From contig CAJINV010000012.1 of assembly GCA_905178155.1 (NCBI GenBank), positions 1,050,004 to 1,114,003 of the forward strand: a DNA stretch of 64,000 nt, written 5' to 3'. Positions 50,446 to 62,507 of the stretch are shown here, piece after piece. The notes under the pieces were generated by a model. It saw only the letters and a program-made list of their open reading frames with translations. It ran no database searches and had not been told where the DNA came from. Origin of the DNA: Amoebophrya sp. A120. Its lineage: Eukaryota; Protista; Dinoflagellata. The stretch's first letter is position 1; every line of letters starts with the position of its first letter. The position numbers and the translations under genes were made by a program.

Positions 50446-51324
50446 ATTTTTGAACGTTAAGGACAAAACGGGGATCGTCATGTTGTAAGTAAGCTCTACG
50501 TACTTGACGATGCTTGCAGCTCCTAATGGGAGAAAAAATCCTACTTGCGTACGTGATCCTGCATGCCTACAAAAGCACCATTCGGACTGTAGGAACAAAT
50601 ACGCTCATCAGATACAGAATCCTGTTTCAACATCCCGCACGAGCCTATGTTTGGTGGACTATGTTGAGCTTGTTTGTTTATTGTGTTCCATCTCTACCAG
50701 TACCATCGAGTCTTCTTCATGCCCATGCGAGCATTATGTTATACTCAAAACCAAAACCGAAATCAAGTCAAGATCGACAAATCATCGAGGGAGTAGTAGG
50801 GCCTGTTTTGCACATCACAGTCGTATGATCGATAAAATGCGTCGACACGAGACGTAGATCGTCGTCGATTTGAACAAGGACTAAGGATCTGGAGCAGTCA
50901 GCATCAAAATCGATCAAAAATAAACCGAAGTAGTACGAAACTTCGCTCAAAAACCCCAGCTCCTGCGGATCTGCGATTTCATCCCTCCTGCTCGTGATGA
51001 ACACGTGGTTCACTCGGCGAAAATAATGCGGCGACTCTCGTATACATAAAGCGAATCGACGCTCATTCGAACTTGCTTCTCTCACCGGCAAAGAACTTTT
51101 TGCGAACTTATGTACAAGTTCAACTAGTACTGGCAGGCCCTTTTCTACTTGGCTACTTAAGTCCTTTTGCCTTTGCTTCCCTCACAAAATTCATTCATGC
51201 GCATGAACCTCCACTTTCTTTTGGTTTTGTCAAAAGTATTTCCCAAAGAGGATATAAATTTCCTTCATTTCCTTCTCCTCTACGAGGTGGAGCTGCGAGG
51301 ACCACAAAAAGATGAACCTTATTT

Positions 51325-54300
51325 TCACAATTGCAGCACTTCGCATTTGCTGAGATGTCCACAATACACCATCGCGTTGCTCATCGGGACGTGCGTTTGC
51401 GTGATCAGCTTCACAGCCTCCTGCGCCACGATCCCGCCGACCAACGAGGACGTCGTGTGCAGCTCTCCCTGGCACCGGGAAATTTCGTCTATCACCTTCT
51501 TCAAGTGCGCGAGAACTTTGGGCGGCGGAGGGGAAAGAGGACCAGAGTTCTGCTCCTCGTCTTGTCCTTCAGCAATATGTTGGTCTTCTACACGACCACC
51601 CTGCGGATGATCAGACAGTACAGAGTCGACCTCCATGGCCACGGCTCCTGCGCCATTTGATGCAGGCACTCTATCGTCCGTCGTATTCGAAATCTCCATG
51701 TTTCTCTGAAACAGCTGTAGAAGCTCCGTCTCGCTGATGCTGGAATTATTATAAACTGGTGATGTGCCTCTGCCTGCCGTCCTGCTGGTGGTTGATGTAT
51801 TTTCGTTGTGATGCAGAGAAGCAGTATCAAGAAGATCCTTGTTCCCATCAGCCATCAACTTTTTCTCCCTCTCCAGCACAATTTGTAGTCCGACGAACCA
51901 CGGCAGCAGCGATTTCTGCAGCTCCTCCTCATCCTCCTCGAGCATGCAAAATTCGTCCCAGGAGTCTGCGTATCAACTGCAATAAATATATCGGGGGCTG
52001 GAGAGTTGTCATCCTAAATCCTAAAACCCTATAGTACACTTCAATAGCCAGTCAAGTAAAGACGGAACTTTTATTTGGGGTGCTCGTCCGTGTTGCGTAT
52101 TCCGCACGAGGCGTCGCACTTTTGCAATGCAGACAGGATGAAATACCCTTTCGCGTCTACATGCACATGCAACACACCCTGTACGGCGGGCATGATCATG
52201 TTCATGATCATGTCAGACAAACATTAAAATTACAAGCCTCCACCTGCTCCAGCCCCAGACATATAATCAATTTCCGATGCATACTGCGGGTAGATACGGT
52301 GTCTTCGTTTGCGGCGAAGTACTTCGATCAGGAGAGGACATCATCTCGAAAGTGTCCCTGTCCAGTGGTATCAGTGGTATTTTCCGCAGCGAGAACGCAT
52401 TTTTACACAGCGTCTCGAGCTCTTTCAAGTCCTCGTCCGCAGAAGAGGAAGAGCCTCTCGCCGCGTCGTTCATCATCATCTCTTCATACTTTTTTCTCAC
52501 ATACTGAAAATCCTCATTTGCTTTCTCCCGAAAAAACTCCTGGAGCTTCACGTAACTTTCCGTCGAAGTGGTCATGTCCGGCAGTTGGCCGGATAGGGGC
52601 AAGCAACGAAACTCCTCGCAAAAACTCAAAATCGCCTTGGCTTTCAGCGGCAGACGAGACAAACTTGGGTCGCCGGCGCTCAGGCTCTCGAGCGCGTCTC
52701 GTGTGTCGTCTGGGACTGTGGAAGCGGTTCTGGAAGCTGCTCCGCCGGGCTAGAGAAAGAAAGTTTTTGGAAAGTGGTCTGAACATATGATTTCGCGGTC
52801 GTGGTGGTGGTTTTTCAAGCGTGCTTTACTTACAGTCATCGAACACGAAACGAAAGCTGGCACGGGCTGTGATGAAGTACTCAAACTTTAACCAAAAAAG
52901 TACTAAGTACCTGGCGGTTATGATCGCCATGATCAAAGAACTGAAGAACATTTCACATCATGACTTCTACTTCTACATGGCGTACGATACAATCAAATTG
53001 GAATGTAATATTACATACCAGATCGTGCATCAAGTAGCTGTAGTCCAGGGCTTCCTGAAAATTCAGCTCGTCTACCGAATTCCGGAAAGACTTGATCACC
53101 TCCTTGAAGGAATCCTTCTCTTCTCTCGTTTTCAGCTGTTTGTTCCCCAGACTCTCGTATTTCTTTTTTGCGCAGTAAAGAATCACGGGGAAGGGAACGT
53201 GTGCATGGATGTTGGAATCTTGAATACTGTATGACAGTGCACAACTACCCCTCCCTCTCGTTTGTATAGCATAAACGGCAATACAAGGCTTGTATATGTA
53301 TTACAAAGGCTTTTGCTGATGCTTGTATTACAAGCATCAGCAAAAATGCCGGCTTTGCATGACAAATTTACACTGGAGTGGAGTTCTGTCCGGGCTACCA
53401 GAACTTGTCAACGTGTAAACAGTGCCACGAGGCAGAGCCTGGATTTGGGGTTTTGCATGACAAACGAGGGGGAGGGGGAGTTGTGCACTGTCATATACTG
53501 GGGAGAAGGTTGATAAAGAAACTCCTCTCAACATCTGATGTGATTTGCGACTGCGCCTGCGCTGAGGCGGGCGTTGTCGTCGTAGCTGCACTAGCACCAC
53601 TGCTGCTTCCACCGGCTTCTGTAGCGAAAAGCGGCAGTTTTTGATGTTGCGCTGGAGTAGAAGTCTCACTCAACAACGTCGTCCTTGAGCTTTTCTTTGG
53701 GTTGCTTGCACCTGTTGATTTGGGTGAAGTGCTGGCCAGCTTCCGTGGTTCCGGATCGAAAGTAGTGGATGAGGATTGATTGGCAGATGGCTGACTCGTC
53801 TGTACTTGTACCCCGCCTACAGCACCGCTGGTGCAGCTTGCGCTAGTATTTTTGTATTCTTTCCGAATGAACTCCGCGATTGGTGGCTGCAGCGATGAAA
53901 TTTCTTGTTTTCCTACCTGCTCTACTGTGGTGGTTGTATTGGTACACCCGCCACGAGAAGTCAATACCGTCGGCACCACCAGCCGCAGCTGGTGTTTCAG
54001 CAGCTGCTGTCCCTCCGGCTTCGCGTCCAGCACGATGTGGTCCGATGAAAATGATGATGTAATCGATGTCGAAGAAGAGGTACTAGTACTAGTAGAAGAG
54101 AAAGAATCTTTTCCAGCACTTCTCCTTCCTGGAGTTGCGCACAGAAAGCAGCCGCCCACGAAACCTCTCGACACGCATCGAATCACGACCTTCGTGTTTG
54201 CGATGGCGTTTCGCAGTTTGACACAAGTCGAAGTTGGTGAAGACAGCAGCTTGCTCAGCAATTTGGAATTTTTACCCTCGTCGAGGATCACCAGATCGAA

Positions 54301-55313
54301 GTGGTGCATCGTGCTGCTGTCATCCGAAATTGAAGAGTTGTAGCCATCATCGTTCTTCCCAGCAACTGTTCTTTCGGTAATATATTGAGAGGAAAAATCC
54401 CCCCTCCCTATATCGAAAAGGTATGTTTCCGAAAATTTGCGTTGCTGATTTGAGGTCACAAATCGCATCTGTCTTGCAAGAAGACAAGGGCAGAAGCTTC
54501 CGCCCCATTATGGAAGCGATTTGTCATGCTGTTGGGCCTAAAGGTCAGCCGTTTGTCATGCTGAACAACTAGGCCCATGCGCCCCTATCTAGCCTGGGGA
54601 TCTGGCCGCAATGCCTCTCTGCAATACGTTGCTGATTCGTGTACACCAATCCAGCATCAGAAGTTCCGTTTTGATATGGGGAGGGGGGATCTTTCCTGTC
54701 GATATAATATCAAAATGCTTCCCGACAACCTCGCAATCAGGATTCAAAATCTGCAGGCTCTGCGCCACGACTTCCGCACGGCTTGGGCTCTTATTTCTCA
54801 GTGTAGTTCTTGTCGTCGTCGCATGCTGGCCACGATTTATAATCATTCCTGGCGCAGATAAATTTGAATTTCCTTCCTGATTTCGACCCCCAGCAGCACC
54901 TCCTCCGACACCACCACCTCCACTGCAAATAGCATTTTTCCTGGAAACGAAGAAGTTCGTGCGGTAGTCCGTTTCGGTGACCACTGCATCGTCCAGTATC
55001 AAAACTTTCCCCACACCTGGGAGAATCAGATTCTTCGCCACCTTATGAATCGCAAAAGTATAGTATCGCACTCGCATAGATGCATTACAAATTTTCTCAG
55101 CATGAGGGATAAAACTTGTAATGCTGACTTACCTTAAGATCAAGGATTTGTGACGCATGATTGCGATACGAGTATCAGATACTTTTGCACAGGATACACC
55201 TCACAGAGGAGGACGGAGGACCCGAGAACAAGAACATTCGCTTTCGCGAGCTGCTCCTGCCCGCTGGCGCCCCACAACCGCTTCTGCCGGTCATACTTGT
55301 CGTCGGTGGCCAT
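51325..55313 (-). CDS. NAE1: NEDD8-activating enzyme E1 regulatory subunit (APPBP1/ULA1/AXR1), multi-exon with low-complexity insertions
   Basis: MATDDKYDRQKRLWG...EV-AKNLILPGVG; HVPFPVIL; ELNFQEA; LPLSGQLPDMTTSTESYVKLQ; ELHTTSSLVGGIVAQEAVKLITQTHVP. Confidence 0.92.
53230..53495. mobile_element. Introner family F
   Basis: TIR TATGACAGTGCACAACT; DR TACTG/TACTG. Confidence 0.92.
54383..54704. mobile_element. Introner family I
   Basis: Family I TIRs; DR TAATA/TAATA. Confidence 0.9.
55044..55196. mobile_element. Introner family B
   Basis: Family B TIRs; DR CACCT/CACCT; removal gives SVEV-AKNLILPG. Confidence 0.92.
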
Positions 55314-58072
55314 TGATGATGCGTAAGTTGCTCTTTTTTGGATATTAATTACGGATTCAACTCAAAGGAAATCAAAATAACAACCAAGTACTTTTTAGAT
55401 CTTAACTGGAAGTAAAAACTACAGCCAGGCAGCATACTTTATTGAAATCAATTCTTCTGCAATCTATCCGAACAATCGTTCTGAAGATGAAGATGCGGTG
55501 GATCACGACATCTTCTGGATCCCTAGTAGCCACTTTTTCAAGTTGTACCGTAGAAAGAACCAGGTAGAATCGGACTTCTGAATGAAAAAGAGATATAATG
55601 AGATCGTTGACGCTGCATAAAAACTACATACATACATACAGATGCACTTTGCCCTGTGTCTGGGGTACGTGCCGCTCGATTTTTGATCGTGACACCGAGA
55701 AAGCGATCCACCCAAACGATTTGTACGGACGAGCAAGGGTGTGAAGCTACCCTCTGCGTTCGCCATGGGGCTGGCTAGGCCCGGCGAACAGCACAAGAGG
55801 TGAACATCGGAGCCGGGAGGAGCCTATGCGACCCCTAGGGGGGCGGGCGTACTTAAACGCTCCGGCAGTCTCTATTCCTTGTTCCTGACGGCCACATCAA
55901 GGCGATTCTCGCTGCTGGCGCCGTGTTGCTCGATTCTGCCGCGAAGTGCCGGCGCACATCGGTCACAAGCTACTAGCCTGTAGGTGATGCGGTCGGGGGG
56001 CATCCTGCGCTTCCGCGGATGCTTTGCGCCCTCCTCGTCTGCCCAGCTTCTTAGACAGAAGAGGAGGGGCGCCGCAATGCTCTCCCGTCTGGGCTCGGTC
56101 GCATTCCTCACAAGGCCCGCGCGATTCGAAAGACAGAGGGAAGACAAGCTACTAAAGATAACGGGTCCCCGGCGAAGCCGGTGCCACCACACACAGCAGT
56201 CCTGCCACGCGGGCGAAGAACTGGGGCAGCTCCCGGCTTCCTCTTGTTGGTTCTCGGCAGTCGCGGCCCTTCGTGCCGTCAGCGCCTGCGCTTGGCGTGC
56301 GTCCCTATTGCTGCAGAGGCCGCGTGCTCTGACGCGCCACCTCCGCCTCAGGGTTGCGCCGTTGCGCCTGGTGCTTGCGAGCGCTGAGGGGCGCGCGCGG
56401 TAGCTAGCTAGCTGCTGGCCAACCTAACTGCGTTGAGACCCGCACCCAGGAAGCCGGGGCCGGTGTGTCTAGCTCCCTGCGGGAAGCAGGCTGCGTCTCG
56501 CTCAATGTCTTCCGCTACGTGGTCGGCTATGCGAAGAGACTTTTGCACCAGCTGCGAGCTCGTGCTAGGCGCCCCTCCCTACAAGGGCGAGGCGTTTTGT
56601 TCTAATTAACTAGCATCCGATAGCTTCCCTTCCCCGCAAGGGCGGGCTGTTCGTTAGCAAGACTGACAGACTTTCTGTGTCCGAAGTCTGTGCTATGATG
56701 TAGTTCGCAGCCGAACAATTGACTACCTGCTGGTAGCCCCCCTTCCCTGCAAGGGCGGGGTGCATAAAAACTACGAAAGTACAACTAGCCACGCTTCAAT
56801 CATATGAGTATGAGAGTTGCACGACTATAAAGTGATCCCTACTTGATGAGGTGTCTTCAAAAATCATCCTTGCGGGAGCCGACACGGAACAATTCCCTTC
56901 GGAAGCATCAACATCATCCAGAGTGAGCTGCTGTTCATCAAGACCATGACCACCTGCAGCTCCCTGTTGATAGAATTAGAATTGGAATTCCACGGTGTTG
57001 AAAATAAACACCATCGACACGGCGGTCGTGTCCATGAAGATCATCATCATGATGTCCAGGATACAAAGTCCTGAAGTAAGAGCTCCTGCAAGTCTACTAG
57101 AACGATATTATATCAATCGGTTGCAGCTCGCGAACAGTCCAACCACACCTCTGTTTATTCCCGGGCCGTCCGACGGTCGGGCTGGTGCCACAGGTTCAGC
57201 TCTGCACAACGAACTACTTTTGTTTTATTTTCTCGTATTCTGTTGACATTTTACACGTTTGCTTCTCGGAGAACGACCCCCTGGTTTTTCTTTCTCTGTG
57301 TGCATCTTCATTCAAGGCTAAAATTGTACAATACAGCTAGTAGTTTTATTGCAGAATCTTCGACGGAATACGTCTTCTGCTGCATTCTTTTTATGCTTAG
57401 CGATTCCAACTCCAACATCCGATTTCGTGTATGTTACAAATACTAGCAGCCGAAATTTTTCATTTCGATTTCCACGTAGAGAAACAAGTCTATACTAAGT
57501 ACTTCGTATGATGATTTTACACATGCAACATTTTGATAATTTTACAAGTGCACCCTGAATGTTCGAGGGTCACAGACCTCACGAAACCGAAAGTAATACA
57601 GGATCAGAGTACATGAAGATCATGTTGCGCACAACACCAGCAGCGTCACCACAACATAAACCGACAGCTTTAATTATTCTATCTTTTTTCTGGAAGTCTT
57701 TTCTACAAAAATCATACAGAAACAGATTCGACTGCTGTAGTTCTTGCGGCCAACAAATCATACAGAAACAGATTCATAAATCGAAAAACAATAAATATAA
57801 CTATTTCACGCTCACGCAGTGATACAACAACTCTGCGTGAAATAGAAATACTAGTACTACTCCTCGCTCCTAAAATAAAACACCAGCATAGCACTGCGTG
57901 AAACCGAGAAAGTTCCACTCCACTCCTTCGTTTCACGTAGCGTAGTTCGCTTCTTCTTCTCCTTCTGTATCTGTTCTCTTGCGAAAGTTGTGGCCATTGT
58001 CTTTGTTATTCTTGTTCTTTGGAACTAAAAAAAACCGATCGCCGCTGCGCCTTCGCACCCTAGCAGTACTTC

Positions 58073-59637
58073 TTAGTTGGAAAACGGATCACCTCCCACT
58101 GGCGCCACCGCCCTCCCGGCGCCTCGCTGCGCGCGTTGATGTGCCCGGATGCTGTGGGTCTGGTGCTTGGCGTCGGGAAAATCGTCGCCAAAGACCTTCC
58201 CCGCGGTTTCGGGAGCAACACGGTCGCCGTGGCGTGTGCGGTGCACTGCTGATGTGTTCGTCGTAGTGGCCGCTCCTTCGGTTTGCGGCTCCCGCTCGAC
58301 CTCTGCGCCGCGCGCCTCCGCCAGCATGTCTGCCGCCGCGCGCGGATCCGCGTTGTACCAATTCGCCAGACTATTGCCCGTGAGTTTTTCCCAGTCGATT
58401 TTCACCAAATTTTTCTCAATCTGCAGGTACCCCGCGAAGGCCTTCGCCCTCTTTCATGGTAGCCCGCCCTTGGTCAAAATCTCCGCGACTTCTTTCTCGA
58501 AAATTTCGACAAGCTTCGGTTTCTCTCCCGAAGTAGATTCGGCATCAGCTTGTTGCTGACGCGGTTCCGTCAGACTTTGCAGCCACTGGTCAGTGTTCTC
58601 CAAAGCATGCGATAGTTCCTCCCGTTTCTTCTCCGCCGGCCATCGTTCCGGCGGCTGCCCAAAAAGCCTCGTCTTCCACTGCTCGGCGGACTTGGTAGTG
58701 CCTTTCCCCTGGTAAAACATCTTTTCCTTGTAGGCCAGAAAATCCGCTACGAGCCACAGTTTGAAGGTTTCCAGAAAATAGTCATGTAGGTTGTTGTTTT
58801 CGACGCCCTGCTGGCCCTGTCTCTTCTGATTCACCAGCGCAAGAACTTCTCTGATAAACCACGTGGTTGCGGTGGCTGTTGCAAACCGCAGGGCATGAAC
58901 ACCCCCATTACGCTTCTGCGTTACAATGTCGCTGCGGAGTTGCGTCGCGAGAGATTGGTCCGCTTTGGTGATGTTTTTGAACGCGGCTCTATACGTCCCT
59001 AAAGACTTCAAGTCTTTGTAGCTCAACGCGCCCTGCTGCTTTGCCAGTCTAGAAAGCAGACCCCGCAGCTCATTCTGCGGAGCCTGATGCCGCAGCTGAT
59101 TCTCTCGTGTGCGCAGAGCCTGATTAGTACTATCATGGCTCGTCCCACCGGCGCTAGAACTAGTGCTCCGCGGCACGTTGCCCGCTAGCTCGTTCAACAG
59201 CGCACTTTTCGCGACCGCATACGCGTATTTCCCGGTGAGCCGCTTCAGCGCCAGACATGCCAACATATTAAATGCCCTTCCCGAGGAAGTTGTCGGAGCA
59301 GTGGGCACGACTGCAAGAAGACCTGCAGAAGGACCCGTTTCATGCACCTTCTGGTTCTGAAGCTCTGCGCAACTGCATTTCCCAGGAATCAACCCTTCCT
59401 CAGGTTGTCGCCCTGATCTGGCAAGTCCATGTAGGCGTGCGCGAACAAGAATAGCGAGGTACTAGACGTCGCACCAGTGCTATAAAAATTCGCGGCAAAA
59501 GGATCGCAGGACCACGACGAGGAGAACTGGAAGAAGAACGCCCCCGTCGTGAGCAGCATCACAGTCCGAAGAAGCTGCATCGCCTGTGCAGGTTTGTTCA
59601 CAGACACGGAGCTATTAGTTCCTCTTGACCACACCAT
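58073..59637 (-). pseudogene. Putative secreted-protein gene with a frameshift (~59390-59450) and an in-frame TGA (58454-58456)
   Basis: Three consecutive ORF pieces; the frame continues through GGLP-TGA-KRAKAFAGYLQIEKNLVKIDW. Paralogous to 60765-61733. Confidence 0.5.
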
Positions 59638-60716
59638 GGGTTTTTCTTTTATTATTTTTTAGCTTTTTTTAATAGTTCGATAAAGTAGTAGCTCTTTATT
59701 CTACACCGAGCCCTAGGAGAGCTGCTGCCGCTGGTATGTATCTTACAATCGTTCGAATAAAGAGCAACAATCAGATGTCCTGACGAGGAAGATCTTCTTC
59801 GTACAAATAATAATTGCAGTTGTTAATACGCAGCGCCTTCACAACGCGGCGAAAGGCTACTTGTCGTTCTTGTCCACCGGCGCCCCTGCCGTGCTGGGAG
59901 CTAACAAGAAAGAAATAATCTGTTTACTACAACTCGAAATGCGATTCGTACGTAAATATTAATTGTTTGTTTGTTTGTTTGTTGTTGAAGGTCATGTGGA
60001 ACCGTTTGGAAGTTGGTACTTCCTCTCACATGGTTAGCGCTATTTCAAGAAAAAGGACAGCTTGGCAGAGCTACTTTGGCCTCTGCCTCGTCTTGATTAC
60101 AACAAGCCTCTGCCACGTAAATATTAATTCTTTCGTCTTGATTACAACAAGAACAAATCTATGCTCTAAATCTAATTGTGCTACTTTGATAGTAAAAAAT
60201 GCGAATCTACTTATCGTCTGTGCGACGAAGAGGTGGATGTTTTGAAAGTCGATGTCGAACCGTACTTCTACTTTATACAACGTCTGTGCGACGAGGACGA
60301 TGTTTATTTTACACTCAAGCTGATGTCTGTCGGAAGAAGTAAGAACATTGATAAAGCAAAAATCAGTTCTGCAATAGAAAGAGCAACAGGTCGGGCTGTC
60401 CTAATCTATCATCATCTACTCAGGGTCACCGGACGAGATATTTTCTTCCTCTTGACCACGGCCAGCGGTCATTTCTGATCTACACTCTCGACTATCAGTC
60501 AGAGTAGATCACTGCTGCTCACGACCAGATGTTGACACAGGGGGCTCAGCGATTTTTATACAGTGATCTTTTTTTGTCCGTCTAATTTATTATTTCTGTT
60601 GAACTCAAGCAAGATCTTCTCGCAAGAACAGTTCTTGTGCCTGGTCGTGCAGCTCGGCGAGTAGGTACCTACTATGGCCGCTGAGCCCACCGAATAATTT
60701 TTAGAATCCGTAGACA

Positions 60717-60764
60717 GCATTACAAGTTCCACTCTTCCAGACCCAGACATTTTTACATTCGATA
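60717..60764. mobile_element. Solo family A TIR (truncated introner)
   Basis: GCATTACAAG...CTTCCAGACCCAGACATTTTTACATTCGATA with no partner TIR or second ACATC repeat found. Confidence 0.7.
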
Positions 60765-61733
60765 ACATCTGCTCCCTGACGATTCTGGACAATGTTGCTG
60801 CGTCCGCCTTCGTATCCATTGCAAAAATGTCTGGATCTAGCAGATTCTGAGACTTGTCACGCACGTTTTGCATGACCCATGATAATGTCTGTGATGCATA
60901 CCCTAGTAGCATCTCAGATTTTTTGCGAGCTTCTTGATGCCTATTCCGCATCGCAAATGCCCTCTCCGCGTAGCAAAAACTATAGTGCATTCCCTTTGCT
61001 GCTCATACAATAAAGTAGATTTTTTTGGAATTATCGAAATGCAGCATCACAAGTTGCATTCTTCCAGACCCAGACATATTTGCATTTGATACTTCGCGTT
61101 CTCTTGGTCGTCCCTGGTGAGTTTGCGAAAGGCGGTTTTGTAGGAGATACTTGCAGGCGCGGACCTGCGACGTGATTGGGGGAAAATCAGTTCCAGGGGT
61201 ATCTCGGACCCGGAAAGCGCGTCTCGCAACTTCTCCAGGACTTCCCTGTCTCCTTGGGCCACAAGCTGTTGCAAAATTGGATTGGACCCGACGGCATAAA
61301 GGTATTTCCCGGCAAGCCTTCTGAGCGCGACAAGGTGAAGTGTGCTGGATTGTGCTGCGGTGCGGAAAAACCTTGAGGAAATGATCTCGTGGTCCAAAGT
61401 CGGAGGTACTGCCAAAGCAGCAGAGCGCCCACTTCTAGCAGAGGGTGCTTCTCCCTCGTGTTGCGGCGCAAGCTGATTGTTCTCGTCCTGAGGGGCTTCA
61501 AAGTGTGGCACGTTGCGACGAGGACGAAACCTCTCCAAGCATTGCAGACCCCGACAAGAACTTCCACTGCTCACCTGAGTAGCAGAAACGGGAGCGGTAC
61601 TGGTGGGCTCCTCGCGATCGTGCTGCACAAGACCAAAAACGCCAATTTTTGACGCCGCCAGAAGCTGCAGGGAAATAACGCCACTTGCGAACAATTTGCG
61701 CAGAGAGTAGCGGTGCTGCGTCAGCACCTTCAT
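60765..61733 (-). CDS. Putative secreted protein, paralogue of 58073-59637, apparently 3'-truncated
   Basis: Hydrophobic N-terminus; ALRRLAGKYLYAV vs ALKRLTGKYAYAV and YKTAFRKLTRDDQ vs YRAAFKNITKADQ. Confidence 0.55.
60813..61091. mobile_element. Introner family A
   Basis: Family A TIRs; DR CTTCG/CTTCG. Confidence 0.9.
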
Positions 61734-62507
61734 GGTTGTGAAGTAGATTGTTGCCGTCGTAATGAGTATTTCCGGCGACTTTCAACTTCGCTTTTGAAGA
61801 TTCTTATAGATTTCAACTCAATAAGTACAAATGCTTTTGCTTCTAAACAACTCCAAAAGAAAAAAAAAACTCAAAAGTAATCATACAGTTCGGGATTCCT
61901 TGTGCAGCTTCTTACTCGTCTTATACGTCTTTTCAACAATCTTGTATGTGCAATAAATAGGTCCTTTCGATTTCCGGTCTACTTCTCGAGGAAATTTTTT
62001 TTCATAACAGCTACAAAGACTGTGGTCGGAAAGATAAATGACGGTGAAGGAATTAGAATTTCATTTTTTGACAATCTATGCAAATATCAATGTTTCCTTT
62101 TAGATGATCTCAGGTGAAGAGCCCGCTCTATGTCCCGTCCCAGCATTGGTGATCGAACGATCCGCGCGCTTTACGTTCACATTCTAGATACTTTTTTTTA
62201 GTCAATTTTGTCAGCGTAATTCTACCGATAGTTGGAGACCTCGACCGATAGAAGGTGGTGCACAGAAGAGCGATCATGATCAATACCGACACCAAAATGA
62301 TCTCTTTTGCAATTTTCGGCGGCCGAAAATATCCTCAGTTATACCGATGAATGGTCGTAGCTCAATTCCAATATAAGCACCACGAAAAAAAAGCGTCACT
62401 GTGAAGATGATTTTGGCAGCTTTGCAGAATCTGCATCTTCACACGTTCACATTCACTAGTACTCTGCGTCTGCGATCCGTGCTTTTCAAGAAAAGAAATA
62501 AACACGA

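Noticed and set aside
55872-56192. RESIAAPLLFCLRSWADEE as a possible reverse transcriptase motif
   Set aside because: Spacing and residues do not fit the QG...YADD motifs, and no other RT motifs are present.
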